From the NCBI GenBank assembly GCA_030867685.1, contig JAQOWU010000008.1, positions 3,410,001-3,474,000 on the forward strand: a stretch of DNA of 64,000 nt. Direction: 5' to 3'. The first letter of the stretch is position 1, and each line of letters opens with the position of its first letter. This document shows, in pieces, positions 53,438 through 64,000 of the stretch. This DNA comes from Wickerhamiella versatilis. Taxonomy: Eukaryota. Below the pieces are notes generated by a model. That model was given only the letters and a program-made list of their open reading frames with translations. It was not told the origin of the DNA and searched no databases. The position numbers and the translations under genes are program-made.

Positions 53438-53542
53438 TTAGATAGCTACGAAATAAGAATAGAAAGAAGCCTTAATACTTTTTAAATAGCAGCTATCCTA
53501 TTTGAGAACGACCTTCTCAAGGAACATCTCTGTGATTACATC

Positions 53543-54178
53543 ATGGGTGTCGTCCCTCAATATCGAGATGACCAGGAGCGGGAAAGATATGAATGCCTAG
53601 CGGAGGTTTACTCTCTCATTATATGCATTGACCAGCTAGAACGTGCATTTATTAGAGACTCGATTGGATCCGAAGAATATACCAAGGCATGTCAAAGGTT
53701 GTTGTCTCAATACGGAACGCTGATACGTACGAGGGAACTTGAATCACTTATCGGTGACGTAGAAACTTTTTGCAGTATGTACGGGATTGGGAAACTAAGT
53801 GGCGTACAGAGAGTCAAGCTTGGCATTCCTGCCACGCTAGAGGCTAATCCTGCACTACAGCCAGTGGAAGAGCCTAAGTCAACAAATAGCACAAGCGGTA
53901 AAGCGGTCGCAGAAGTCACCGGCCTATTTATTACAGTCATGGATGGTCTTAAACTCAAATTTCGAGCAAAAGACCAACTTCATCCGTTATTTAGGGAACT
54001 CGTTACTAGTCTCAACAAAGTAACAACAGCAGACTTTGAAGGTAGGGGAAATCTGGTGCAGTGGCTGGTGAGACTTAACAAAATGAAAATAGACGATCTT
54101 CTCTCTGAAGAGGATGCAAGACAATGCCTCTTTGATCTCGATAATGCGTACAAGAACTTTTTCACAAGTCTCTCATAG
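53543..54178 (+). CDS. VPS28: ESCRT-I subunit
   Basis: LERAFIRDSI, FITVMDGLKL, KDQLHPL, RQCLFDL. Confidence 0.92.
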   Translation: MGVVPQYRDDQERERYECLAEVYSLIICIDQLERAFIRDSIGSEEYTKACQRLLSQYGTLIRTRELESLIGDVETFCSMYGIGKLSGVQRVKLGIPATLEANPALQPVEEPKSTNSTSGKAVAEVTGLFITVMDGLKLKFRAKDQLHPLFRELVTSLNKVTTADFEGRGNLVQWLVRLNKMKIDDLLSEEDARQCLFDLDNAYKNFFTSLS

Positions 54179-54297
54179 CGTGCGCTTGCTTTACTCTGAC
54201 AGCCAACCCAGCCACTGTAGTATAACGATCTTCACGAAAATTAATTAGAACGTTTTTCCCTTAAAATAAATACCTACCTACATATTTAAACTACACT

Positions 54298-56979
54298 CTA
54301 ATCCACGTCTGCGGCTTCTGGACCATCCGCATCAGCCATGTCTTCATCGAACATTTCAACGTCATCCTGGATCTCACCTTCATGGTTAGGATGCACTTCG
54401 AGACCCTGCTTGTCGGGTCGCACCGTAACCTTCACAGTCTCCTTATCCAAGACTGAGCCCCGGAGTATATGAATCGCTAGAGGATTCAAGATCTCGTTCT
54501 GGATAAGCCTATTCAGGGGTCTGGCACCTAGATCACGGTCGTATCCATTTTCTGCCAACCATGATTTAGCATCATCCGTAAGGTCCAGGTTCATATGACG
54601 ATTGTTCGCCTCGAATCGTTTCTCTATCTCGCGAAGACGGATCTCCACGATCTTACCGATAGCGTCATGCGAAAGCCGCTTAAAGATGACCTGGGATGAG
54701 ATACGGTTAAGGAACTCAGGACGGAAGTGATTCTTTACAGCCTCGAAGACCACTTCTCTGGTATGACTGTCAATTTCATCCGAGTCTGATCTCTGGATGG
54801 ATTCTGCACCGAGATTCGATGTCATGATGATAATGCAATTAGAGGCGTTGATTTCCTTTCCACTGCTTGCTCTTACACGTCCATCATCCAATACTTGTAG
54901 AAGAACAGTGAGAACCTCGGGCGCAGCCTTCTCAACCTCGTCAAACAGCACTACAGAGTAAGGGTGTCTTGCCAATTGGTTTGTTAGAATACCACCCTCT
55001 TCGTAGCCAACATATCCGGGTGCTGCACCGATAAGCTTAGATGCGGACCACTTGTCGCCCAATTCTGAGCAGTCAATGCGAATCATGGCCTTCTCATCAT
55101 TGAACAGGAACCCTGCAAGTTTCTTTGCCAATTCAGTCTTACCTGAACCAGACAATCCCAAAAATAGGAAGCTGGCGGGCGAATCAGGGTTCGCTAGACC
55201 ACTCCGGTTAAGACGAATCGCGTTGGAGACAGCCTTGATCGCCTCGGGCTGCCCCACCACTTCACGGGAGAGGACACGCTCCATATTAATGAGCTTCGTA
55301 TTTTCAGCCTGGCTCAACTTCGAAACAGGGATGCCTGTAAGACGTGCAGCGGTCTCAGCTATCTTGTCAGAGTCCACAATATCTTCAAGCATTGCACCTT
55401 GACGCTCCTTCTTGTCCTGCTCCAGTTCTTCGATTTTGCGTTCGACGTCTGGGATTGCGAAGTAACGCAAATCTGCGCTGGTGGCCGTATCACGACGACG
55501 TTCAGCATCCTCAGCTTTAACTTCGAGTTCCACAAGTTTCTTCTTGTAGTCATTGAGTTCATCAAGGCCCTTACGCTCCTCCGTGAATCGGGCACGAACG
55601 GGGCCTAGCTCTTCAAGGAGAGAAGCCTCACGCTTTCTCGCTGCCTCAAGTCTTTCGGTTACAGACTCATCGGCACCTTGGTCACGCTCCAATGCAGCGA
55701 TTTCTACCTGAACTAAATGCAGCTCACGCTCAAGAGTGTCCAGCTCTTCAGGCTTAGAGTCACGAGCCACAGCAACTTGTGCTGATGCTTCATCTATCAG
55801 ATCCACTGCACTATCAGGCATCTTTCTATAAGTCAGATATCGAGATGCAAGCTGGGCAGCAGTAACCAGTGCCGAGTCTAGAATGCGAACTCCGTGATGC
55901 AGCTCATAGCGAGACTGCAAACCACGCAAGATGGCTATTGTCTGAGGAACTGTGGGCTCAGGAACGTCCACCTTCTGGAATCTACGCTCGAATGCACCAT
56001 CCTTCTCGACGTGTTTTCTGTACTCTTCCGCAGTGGTGGCACCAATACAGTGTAAATCACCACGAGCCAACATTGGCTTCAACAGGTTGGCAACATCGCT
56101 CTTACCATCGCCCATTACCATGTGGATTTCATCAATGAAAAGTACTATCATCTCCTTTGCATCCTCAATATCCTTCAATACACCCTTTACCCGTTCCTCG
56201 AACTCACCTTGGAATTTAGCCCCTGCTTTCAGAGCACCCAAATCCAGGGAGTAAAGAGAGCATCCTTGAAGAACTTGAGGTACGTCTTCATTGATTATAC
56301 GCTGCGCGACACCTTCAACAATTGATGTTTTACCCACACCGGGCTCACCAATCAAGCACGGATTAGATTTAGTACGACGGGCCAAAATTCGAATAACCCG
56401 CCGGATTTCCTCCTCACGCCCAATTACGGGGTCAATTTTACCATCACGGGCTTTTTGCGTGAGATCAATAGCATACTTAGACAAAAACTCGTACTGCTGG
56501 CTAGAATCCGCTGTTCGAGAGTCTATACGGCGCTGTCCACGGATCGATTGTACAGCCTTCTTCAATGCGTCAACGTGAAAATTAACCTCCTTCAATATTT
56601 GTTGCACCGACGAATCTTCAAGAAGTGCCAAAAATATATGATCTTGTCCAAGGAAGGTATCCTTTTGATTTTTTTGGATATTCTGTGCATCCCGCAATAC
56701 CTTCTGTGCCTGAGATCCCAGGTCCGGTTGAGGAGGTGCCGGATCCTGGCTCGGAAGACGAACTAGATGCCTGTTGATGGACCGTTCGAGTAGAGGAAAC
56801 TCATAACGGGCATGCTCCACAACTGTCTTTAAGTAGCTGGGAGTCCCATCCGGGTCGTCCTGCGTCATGGCAGCCAGAAAATGCACGGGCTGCACGGTAC
56901 TGTGAGAATGCTCTGTTGCAATTGCAATGGTAGTTTGGAGCAATTGCGTCGCTCTGTCTGTAAGATTTGGATCAGACAT
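54298..56979 (-). CDS. HSP104: ClpB-family disaggregase
   Basis: Two AAA+ modules ([16 protein letters not shown]), M-domain, acidic tail; ATG at 56979. Confidence 0.96.
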   Translation of the reverse strand: MSDPNLTDRATQLLQTTIAIATEHSHSTVQPVHFLAAMTQDDPDGTPSYLKTVVEHARYEFPLLERSINRHLVRLPSQDPAPPQPDLGSQAQKVLRDAQNIQKNQKDTFLGQDHIFLALLEDSSVQQILKEVNFHVDALKKAVQSIRGQRRIDSRTADSSQQYEFLSKYAIDLTQKARDGKIDPVIGREEEIRRVIRILARRTKSNPCLIGEPGVGKTSIVEGVAQRIINEDVPQVLQGCSLYSLDLGALKAGAKFQGEFEERVKGVLKDIEDAKEMIVLFIDEIHMVMGDGKSDVANLLKPMLARGDLHCIGATTAEEYRKHVEKDGAFERRFQKVDVPEPTVPQTIAILRGLQSRYELHHGVRILDSALVTAAQLASRYLTYRKMPDSAVDLIDEASAQVAVARDSKPEELDTLERELHLVQVEIAALERDQGADESVTERLEAARKREASLLEELGPVRARFTEERKGLDELNDYKKKLVELEVKAEDAERRRDTATSADLRYFAIPDVERKIEELEQDKKERQGAMLEDIVDSDKIAETAARLTGIPVSKLSQAENTKLINMERVLSREVVGQPEAIKAVSNAIRLNRSGLANPDSPASFLFLGLSGSGKTELAKKLAGFLFNDEKAMIRIDCSELGDKWSASKLIGAAPGYVGYEEGGILTNQLARHPYSVVLFDEVEKAAPEVLTVLLQVLDDGRVRASSGKEINASNCIIIMTSNLGAESIQRSDSDEIDSHTREVVFEAVKNHFRPEFLNRISSQVIFKRLSHDAIGKIVEIRLREIEKRFEANNRHMNLDLTDDAKSWLAENGYDRDLGARPLNRLIQNEILNPLAIHILRGSVLDKETVKVTVRPDKQGLEVHPNHEGEIQDDVEMFDEDMADADGPEAADVD

Positions 56980-57072
56980 TAAAAAATTTGTTTCTACTCG
57001 CAACCTCACTCTAGTCGTAAGTATATATGCAATTTACAATTGACCCTAACCCTCAAAGTTCAGACTCTCTCT

Positions 57073-57087
57073 AGAAAATTCTAGAAT
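57073..57087. promoter_or_regulatory. Heat-shock element upstream of HSP104
   Basis: aGAAaaTTCtaGAAt, a perfect 3-unit nGAAn array; TATATA at about 57022. Confidence 0.85.
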
Positions 57088-57385
57088 ATTGTAGGATTGA
57101 GTGATACGACAGCATGCCATATTAAGTTGCTTCAAATATTGTTGCGCCTTTCTACCTCTGGTCCCATCGGATGGATGAAGTGGGATTATTAGGGCTCGTA
57201 TTCTCTAACGAGTTGCTCATCCGATCCTTATGTTTGCTGTGGGCGTGAATGTCGGATATTAAGACTACCGAATGGTCAATTCACGAGTGAAGAGACTTGG
57301 CCTATAAAATAAATTGCTTGTACATTTGCTATTTCCACCCTTAATTTTATTTGGGCACTAAAATTCTTCTAGCAACCTTTGCCGA

Positions 57386-57522
57386 TACTGTCTATCATAT
57401 AACAAGGCTAGGGGCCCTTGCCAAGTACAAGAGGGCCTGCATAGGCCGCGGGTCCGATAAGGCACGGAAGAAGCGTTACTGTTTACATACTAATGCTGCG
57501 GTCATGCAGCATAGTTCACAAG
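57386..57522 (-). ncRNA. Putative box H/ACA snoRNA (snR189-like 18S guide)
   Basis: Hairpin - ACAGUA H box (57482-57477) - hairpin with internal pocket - ACA (57391-57389); pocket lies 14 nt from ACA. Confidence 0.55.
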
Positions 57523-57601
57523 AGCCAGCGGTAAGCCAGATGTTTAAAGCACTACGATGTCAATATATATTTTTGAGACGCTACGAGGAACGTGGTACCG
57601 A

Positions 57602-57970
57602 TTATTTCTTGCTCTTTTTCTTGTCGGCAGCAGCCTGTTGAGCGGCCTTCTCCTTCACAACACGCTTAACGATCTTCTGCTCCTCAACAAGGAAGGCACG
57701 CACAACGCGGTTCTTGACACAGTTGGCACAGAGAGATCCACCGTAAGCACGCTGAACCGTACGCTTAGATCGGGGAACAGTCTGGTACTCATGAGGACGA
57801 CGAGCAACTACACCGAGAATGGCGGAGCCACACTCGTTGCAAGTAGGCTTCGATGCCTTCTTCGAGACATGGAGAAAATGCAATTTAGCACCTGGAGTCT
57901 TGATTATCTTGGTCTGGTTAGACTTGGTCGCATAGGGATTACGACGGCGGAACTGCACGCGCTGAGCCAT
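57602..57970 (-). CDS. RPL34: 60S ribosomal protein eL34, intronless
   Basis: MAQRVQFRRRNPY, RAYGGSLCANCV, RAFLVEEQKIVK. Confidence 0.97.
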   Translation of the reverse strand: MAQRVQFRRRNPYATKSNQTKIIKTPGAKLHFLHVSKKASKPTCNECGSAILGVVARRPHEYQTVPRSKRTVQRAYGGSLCANCVKNRVVRAFLVEEQKIVKRVVKEKAAQQAAADKKKSKK

Positions 57971-58303
57971 TCTCAAAGAGGATGAATGTTACGCCTGTGC
58001 CCATATCAACCTGACTGGTGTCCGCCGAGTGGGAGTGTGAGAGCCCTTTGCCCTAATGACTAATAACAATCCTGGGGCCCGGCTTTGTCCTGACCCTAGC
58101 CTGTCTCCCTATCCGCTTTTATACTTCGAGTCTGTTTAGTTAAAAGAGAAATACGATCTTTTCCCAATTTCTGTTGCCATTAATTATACTTGTAATTTCC
58201 TTAATATACTCCACTATGTACAAAACCACGAATTCTCGATGCAAAATGAGGAAATGCCAAGTTAGCAAATCATTTCGCATTGCCAAGCAGTCATAGGGCA
58301 CCG

Positions 58304-58543
58304 CTATTGCTTGGAAACCGTTTGATCTCGAGAATATTCATCACGCCGACGTTTCTGGTCCTCGTATTCCAGTTTTCGTTCTTCCTGTGCAGTGCTTAGC
58401 TTTTTATTATACCGTTCAGCGTCACGCTTGGGACCATCTCTAAGCGTGACACGCTGTTCTTCCTGCATATAGTGCACCCAAGGAATTACAATTAAAGCAG
58501 TTGCCGCTGAAGTACCGAACCAAATCTTAGCTCGGGTCGACAT
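58304..58543 (-). CDS. PET117: Cytochrome c oxidase assembly factor
   Basis: Short TM followed by VHYMQEEQR.TL..GP.RD..R. Confidence 0.8.
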   Translation of the reverse strand: MSTRAKIWFGTSAATALIVIPWVHYMQEEQRVTLRDGPKRDAERYNKKLSTAQEERKLEYEDQKRRRDEYSRDQTVSKQ

Positions 58544-58924
58544 CTCAGTAATCCTTTAAACCCAAACCCGACACATATGGCAAAAACATCGGACCTGCAA
58601 GGTCATTAAACTGTAGAATATCGATATCCCAATAAGGTTTTGATGTACCGTAGCGCATTCCACGCACTGTGCAGGCTTTTTTTCAAGAACTCTTCGAGAA
58701 AGGCATTGAATTAGAAGGCATCTAGTTCCTAAATATTTTTATAAGCACGTGTTCGAAGATCTTGACTATTTCTCAAAAATTTTCGACAGCTAGGAATAAA
58801 ACTCGTAATAGCCTCACAAGCAATGTGTGCGTTTCCTCTGAGAGAGCGCATCACATGCACATGGGTATGCTGGATAAGTAAGCAATCCGTCGGTTAACCG
58901 GTAACCTAAAGGGGAAAGCGTAGG

Positions 58925-60409
58925 ATGCCCCCAGGGGAAGATGACAGCTCCGATAGTGATTCAGTGGGCACAAATAATGCCATGATAATAGAGGGCACTG
59001 ACATTGAACCTGACTGGACTGGTAGCTTTGAAAGTGCTCACGCACAGTGGCCTGGCTCTTCGGTAGGATCGCAGCCATCTTTCACTCACAGATATTCTGT
59101 GGGTCATGCTTTTGAGCCGAGCAGTGTCAGTTCTAGTTATGGAAGCGCAACGATGGGTGCACAGAGCTATAGCACGCCGGCGTACCGGAATAATTATAAT
59201 GATCGTCATTGGCAACCGCCTTATCAAGGTCGCAACTCTACAGCGGGTTTTCAAGAAGCTCTTCTTCCAGTAGAGCCCCAACCATCGCAGTCGGTACCCC
59301 AGAGAAGCCTGCTCACGTCAATGCTACAACAACGCGCTCCTGTCAACCCGTTGCAAGCTGCGCGTCTACCTTTGCAAACGCAGCACACAAAGCCTCCGCC
59401 CAGTCGTGGCACGCTTGTGTCTCCTCGAAAACATATTCCGGTCAGTAATACCGCTCCGCACTCGCCCAATATACACCCATCTTTTTTTCCTAGTCGATCA
59501 ATTTCTACAACAGATGTTTCCACGACTTCGGTCTCAATAACGACCAGTGCACAAAGTTCTCGCACTGCACCGAGAAATGATAACCTGTCACAGCAAAGTG
59601 TTCCTCGATTTCAAGCATCCTCCACAAATGCACCTTTATTTTCTCCCACGGCAACCCCACCACTTGGTTCGAAGCTTTCTTCACATGTGGAATCAGTGCC
59701 GTCACTTCAGAGTTCACGAAGGCAGTCTCTAGAAACATTCCCAATTTTCGAACCGAACATATTGTCCGACCTTCCTCGCCCCCTTAAACTGCGTTCCTTC
59801 GAGTTCGTTAATGCCAATGTTGAGGACGTCCTGGATATGATTACTTTGGTTCTCTCTAATATCGTCGAAAAGAATGACCGTCTTCTGGAACCTCAATATA
59901 TTAACAGCGAAGAGGATATCAGAGCCAGTACCCTTCAGAACATTTTTGCTGGATTTCATGGATGCAACATACCAGCCATAACCCTTGATGCGTATTTAGC
60001 TCGTATTTTGAAATACTGCCCGACAACTGTTGATGTCTTTATTTCCATGCTTGTTTACTTCGATCGAATTGCTACAAATGCAGCAAACATAATTGCAAGA
60101 ATGTCATCAGCACCAGGCGCTCAATCAGCCACAATGGCCGTTGGTAGTTTTCATACGTTGCTAAAACTCGACAGCTATAATGTTCATCGACTAATCATCT
60201 CGGCGATCACAGTTGCGTCGAAATTTTTCAGTGATATATTCTATAAAAACTCGCGTTATGCCAAGGTAGGTGGTTTACCCTTGGAGGAGCTGAACCACCT
60301 CGAAATCCAGTTCTTGCTTCTCACAAATTTCAACCTTATGGTTTCTGTAGAAGAGATGCAAACTTACGCCGACTTTCTTCTTAATTATCGCGCTGAGCGC
60401 TCCTCTTAA
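58925..60409 (+). CDS. Pho85 cyclin, Pho80 subfamily (Pcl6/Pcl7-like)
   Basis: FHG.NIPAITL..YL.RILKYCP, HRLIISAITVASKFFSD.FYKNSRYAKVGG. Confidence 0.88.
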   Translation: MPPGEDDSSDSDSVGTNNAMIIEGTDIEPDWTGSFESAHAQWPGSSVGSQPSFTHRYSVGHAFEPSSVSSSYGSATMGAQSYSTPAYRNNYNDRHWQPPYQGRNSTAGFQEALLPVEPQPSQSVPQRSLLTSMLQQRAPVNPLQAARLPLQTQHTKPPPSRGTLVSPRKHIPVSNTAPHSPNIHPSFFPSRSISTTDVSTTSVSITTSAQSSRTAPRNDNLSQQSVPRFQASSTNAPLFSPTATPPLGSKLSSHVESVPSLQSSRRQSLETFPIFEPNILSDLPRPLKLRSFEFVNANVEDVLDMITLVLSNIVEKNDRLLEPQYINSEEDIRASTLQNIFAGFHGCNIPAITLDAYLARILKYCPTTVDVFISMLVYFDRIATNAANIIARMSSAPGAQSATMAVGSFHTLLKLDSYNVHRLIISAITVASKFFSDIFYKNSRYAKVGGLPLEELNHLEIQFLLLTNFNLMVSVEEMQTYADFLLNYRAERSS

Positions 60410-60580
60410 TATATATCCAACTTTAGTGTTAATACAGGTCAGTATCCCATAATATCTGGAAAAGTTGCAATCCAGCACATGTATTTATAGCGTTTAAAGT
60501 ATTTTAAACAGAGTCTTTAAACTTACACAACTACAAACTCGAAATCTAAGACATACTGAGATACTTGATCACCCTACTGG

Positions 60581-63500
60581 TTAATAGGAGTATCCAATCA
60601 TAAGTGGTGCAGGAGTCTCTTCCTCGGTTTCTTTCTCAGTGACTTTGACCTTGTCCACTTCCTCCTTTAGTTGGTTGACGAGATCAAATTGCTCACGTTT
60701 CTGGTTAATGAAGTATGGCATGCTATAGTCCTTGAGTCCAAATCTCCAGCTAATCTCATCCACAACATCGGAAGGAATAAGCTCATAGCAAGCATACAAT
60801 GTTGCTACATAGCATTCCTTGTTACCGATATCCACAAAATAGCGCAACAGGTCCTCAGCGACCTGAGGCTTTCCAGAGGTAGCTGCTGTGCGAATGGCAT
60901 CCTTCCACAGCTTGTCTTCCTTGCTTAATGAAATAGATTTGTTCCATTTCTTATTCTTGGCAAAGAGTAGAGCAGCAATCTGTCGGAAGAAAATCAAGTC
61001 AGACTTTTCAAGCCTTTGCGCCAAATCAATAGGATCGAAGCGATCGAAAGACTCTACAGAGTCGCGAAGACTCTTGTAGTCATTTTCCTCGATCAATAGG
61101 TCGTGATAAGCGTCATTAACAACACTGATATTCTGGTGCTGAACGGCGATCAAGAATGACTTGATCATTGGGAGATTGTCACTCTTTTGGAACATCCGCA
61201 CCACGCGCGAGACATCAACGCGTGGTGTCAAGACAGCTAGCAAGTCACTGATTAGCTGGGGTTGCTCCGCCATATAAAACGAGATTGCTTTATAGTATAT
61301 TTCAAGGTTTGCTACCTTAACCACAATCTCTTTGAAAGAAGAGTGATCAAAAGCATCAGCAGAGTGCTCAATCATCGCAAGGGAAGCATTGTCAAACTCA
61401 TCATAGTGACAGTATAGGAAAACAAGCTCTGGCCACAAGTGCATGTCGTCACAAACACGAATGACCTTAGGAATATTAATCCGAGACCAAAATAGGTGCA
61501 AATGGCCCATGAGTTTTTCCGGGTAATATTTTGCGTAAATGCAAGCAAGCTCAGTGAACATTCCCATATGAGCACGCTCAAGAGCTAATCCCTGTTCCAA
61601 AAGAGAAGCCAATTCCTCCACACAACCCATATATTCGTAGCGGTCAACAAGGTCCCGCATCTCCTCAGCATGTACTATAAGGTTCAAGCCACAGATCTGG
61701 GCGAGTCTGAACTCACGCTTGCTCAGACAAGCCTCATTGACTTGCTTCCAAACGTTGACAGAGGACGCTTTCCGTGCTGAGTCTACTGCCGCTTGATAAT
61801 CGTTCAAATAGACTAGAGTAGACGCGAGTTTAGCCCAGTTAGAGACAGACTCGTAAAGCATCTTAGCAGCGTCATACAAACCCTCAGAAAATAGCTTGTC
61901 ACCAACTGCTTCAGCATCTGCAACATTGTTCCCTTGGACAAGCTCAGAGAGCGCTGCAGTCTTTCCATCACGGGCGTAGCATAGCATCAGCTGACCATCT
62001 ACTTGTGGTTCACGAATACTCTTGCGGGCCATCTTAAGATAAGGAACGAGGTCCTCATCCTTTCCTGAACGAGAAGCTATTTCAATAGTCTCAGCAAAAT
62101 TAGATGGGTCTTCGGCACGAATGTAGGAATTCAAAGCATCGGTTATACGAAGACCATTAAGCTGGGCCTTTGCTAGTTGGGACCACAACTGCTTGGTATC
62201 ATACTTCTCAACGAAATCAGTTGCACGGTCCAGTGACAACACGTGATCAGTGAGTACCTCCAACGCTTCCTTATATTGCTCGTGCTTCACGTATATCTGG
62301 TAAGCCTCCTCATTGAGCTCATGCTCTTTGCATATCTTCGCAATTTCTTCAACGTCATATTTGTCTAGGCGATCAATGAGTTCGGAAACTTTCTGCTGCT
62401 GGGCATTTATAGCAGTAAGAATGAGAAGATTTTGCAGAGATTCGTTATCACTGAAGGGACTAGGCTCCAGAACGATTTTCTCAAGAAGCTCAATAAGCTC
62501 CACTGGTAGATTAGCGGCCATGAATGCCTTAACTACAACGCTGACGTCCTCTGCATTCGGACATTGGGGCACTGCAACTCCCACAACCTGGTCAACAAGT
62601 TGACGTCTGTGGATATTCTCATCGCTAAGTACGGCTTCCCAAAGATTGATATCCGCACGACCCACCAGATATCGAGCTTGATACTTGTACATCGAATTTT
62701 CGTTTGTGATTGCTATGAGTTCAGCATCGTTATGTCCCTTCTCATAGGCAATGAAAGCAAGATATGGATCCCGTGTTTCGCAGTATTTACCAACATCCCG
62801 GGTGTTATACAAACTGTTTTCACGAAGGAATTTCTCCGGATTGTTGTTGCTGTCAATGTGAACCTTAGCAAGTGTGTCATAAACAGCAGCCTCTGTGCTA
62901 CCAGCTTCAATGGTTTTCTCAAGGAATGGAAGGAGTAATTTCAAACGATTACGCTTCTCCACCTCAGCCGCTAGGGGCCCTACAGGCACCTGACCAACAG
63001 CTGAATCAAGCAGGGATTTGATTTTGTCCTCGTCACAATCAACATCTAGTAGACCAGCAATAACCTGTGCAGTAGCCCCTGGATTGACTTGTTGAACATA
63101 GACCTGAATAAAGTTGAACTGCTTGTTTTGATACAGATAAAGCACAAGCTCATGGATAAAACCAAATCTATCGCATAGGGTTATCAAAGGCAACTGGTCT
63201 GCTAAATGAGCATCTTTCAGGAAATTCTTCACCTTTTCCGGCTGGTAAACGTTATTGGTGGAAATTATGCGTTGAATTTCGCTGAACTGACCAATTGAGG
63301 CTGCAGCCTGAATGTATTTGAAAACGACTGCTGGCTCTTCGCTCAAATTCACGATAGATTGCAAGAAGTAATAGAGACCCTCCGCACTCTTAAATTCTTC
63401 GAACAACGAGATGAGACGAAGCGGGCCGACCAGCTCACCATATTGAATCGCAACTTGTATAACTGTCTGCAAGTTGGCCTTGAGGTTTGTCTTAAGCATC

Positions 63501-64000
63501 TCGCGAAGAACCTCCAACGTCTGTTCCGTTGTAAGCTGCCCGAAGTAGGCCACAAGCCATTCAGCAGGTAGTTGGGAGTGGACTATGACTCTCTTTATAT
63601 CCTTAAGATCGTCATAGTTTTCTAGGGCCCTCAAAGGCAACCCAGCCTTCTCCGCCAGTTGAGCAATACGCGATCGGTTATATTGTGTGAAAATATGGTT
63701 ACCGAGAATAGCATCTGCTACCTGAGGCGCATTCAACAAATTTGTCTCCAAAAGACGGGTCTGAAGGTGAGAATGAACTGGGTCGTTGTCCTTCAAAGCA
63801 TCAAGCAAAAATGCTGTAGCTTGCTGGATAAGGTTCTGAGACAAGAATACATCAGTAACGCGGTCCAGATCAACCTTATCTTTGGTTTCTGGATTGGAGA
63901 TAAGCTGAATGGCGAATTCGGAAGCCTTATCAGGGTTGACTCGTGCAATAGACTGCAAAAGCACCACATAGTCAGGATTATAGCTCGCCTGCGAACAATA
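60581..64000 (-). CDS. CHC1: Clathrin heavy chain (5' part outside window)
   Basis: TAFLLDALK, VEKRNRLKLLLP, LERAHMGMFTELA clathrin repeats. Confidence 0.97.
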   Translation of the reverse strand, partial: YCSQASYNPDYVVLLQSIARVNPDKASEFAIQLISNPETKDKVDLDRVTDVFLSQNLIQQATAFLLDALKDNDPVHSHLQTRLLETNLLNAPQVADAILGNHIFTQYNRSRIAQLAEKAGLPLRALENYDDLKDIKRVIVHSQLPAEWLVAYFGQLTTEQTLEVLREMLKTNLKANLQTVIQVAIQYGELVGPLRLISLFEEFKSAEGLYYFLQSIVNLSEEPAVVFKYIQAAASIGQFSEIQRIISTNNVYQPEKVKNFLKDAHLADQLPLITLCDRFGFIHELVLYLYQNKQFNFIQVYVQQVNPGATAQVIAGLLDVDCDEDKIKSLLDSAVGQVPVGPLAAEVEKRNRLKLLLPFLEKTIEAGSTEAAVYDTLAKVHIDSNNNPEKFLRENSLYNTRDVGKYCETRDPYLAFIAYEKGHNDAELIAITNENSMYKYQARYLVGRADINLWEAVLSDENIHRRQLVDQVVGVAVPQCPNAEDVSVVVKAFMAANLPVELIELLEKIVLEPSPFSDNESLQNLLILTAINAQQQKVSELIDRLDKYDVEEIAKICKEHELNEEAYQIYVKHEQYKEALEVLTDHVLSLDRATDFVEKYDTKQLWSQLAKAQLNGLRITDALNSYIRAEDPSNFAETIEIASRSGKDEDLVPYLKMARKSIREPQVDGQLMLCYARDGKTAALSELVQGNNVADAEAVGDKLFSEGLYDAAKMLYESVSNWAKLASTLVYLNDYQAAVDSARKASSVNVWKQVNEACLSKREFRLAQICGLNLIVHAEEMRDLVDRYEYMGCVEELASLLEQGLALERAHMGMFTELACIYAKYYPEKLMGHLHLFWSRINIPKVIRVCDDMHLWPELVFLYCHYDEFDNASLAMIEHSADAFDHSSFKEIVVKVANLEIYYKAISFYMAEQPQLISDLLAVLTPRVDVSRVVRMFQKSDNLPMIKSFLIAVQHQNISVVNDAYHDLLIEENDYKSLRDSVESFDRFDPIDLAQRLEKSDLIFFRQIAALLFAKNKKWNKSISLSKEDKLWKDAIRTAATSGKPQVAEDLLRYFVDIGNKECYVATLYACYELIPSDVVDEISWRFGLKDYSMPYFINQKREQFDLVNQLKEEVDKVKVTEKETEEETPAPLMIGYSY

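Noticed and set aside
57224-57282. U4 snRNA-like fragments (ATCCTTATG, TTTGCTG, ATGGTCAATTC)
   Set aside because: No 5' kink-turn stem-loop between the stem II and stem I segments and no Sm site; probably coincidence
57351-57985. Plus-strand ORFs of 96 and 142 aa
   Set aside because: Antisense to RPL34 and the snoRNA candidate; no recognisable domain
1-64000. Horizontally acquired bacterial genes, transposons or CRISPR arrays
   Set aside because: All recognised proteins look fungal; no transposase, LTR or spaced repeats seen

Overview
Very compact, apparently almost intron-free budding-yeast chromosome segment. It uses the standard code (CTG aligns to conserved Leu). Gene packing and divergence suggest a Wickerhamiella/Starmerella-like lineage, which is an inference. 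It holds about 33 fungal housekeeping genes from a 5'-truncated MON2 to a 5'-truncated CHC1, often separated by only 12-150 bp. No transposon, CRISPR array or obviously bacterial gene was seen. The most notable structures are: (1) an orphan ORF with Ndt80-type (MSE) boxes, in frame with a short RIM4 homologue and separated from it by a single TAA that overlaps a GTAAGT donor; (2) CHS3 split by a -1 frameshift at an A8 run; (3) a probable H/ACA snoRNA plus further hairpins just 3' of RPL34; (4) uORF/intron candidates in the TMA20 and NOT2 leaders; (5) recurrent telobox-like CCCTAA motifs in the tiny promoters. Gene identities come from recognised protein motifs, not database searches.
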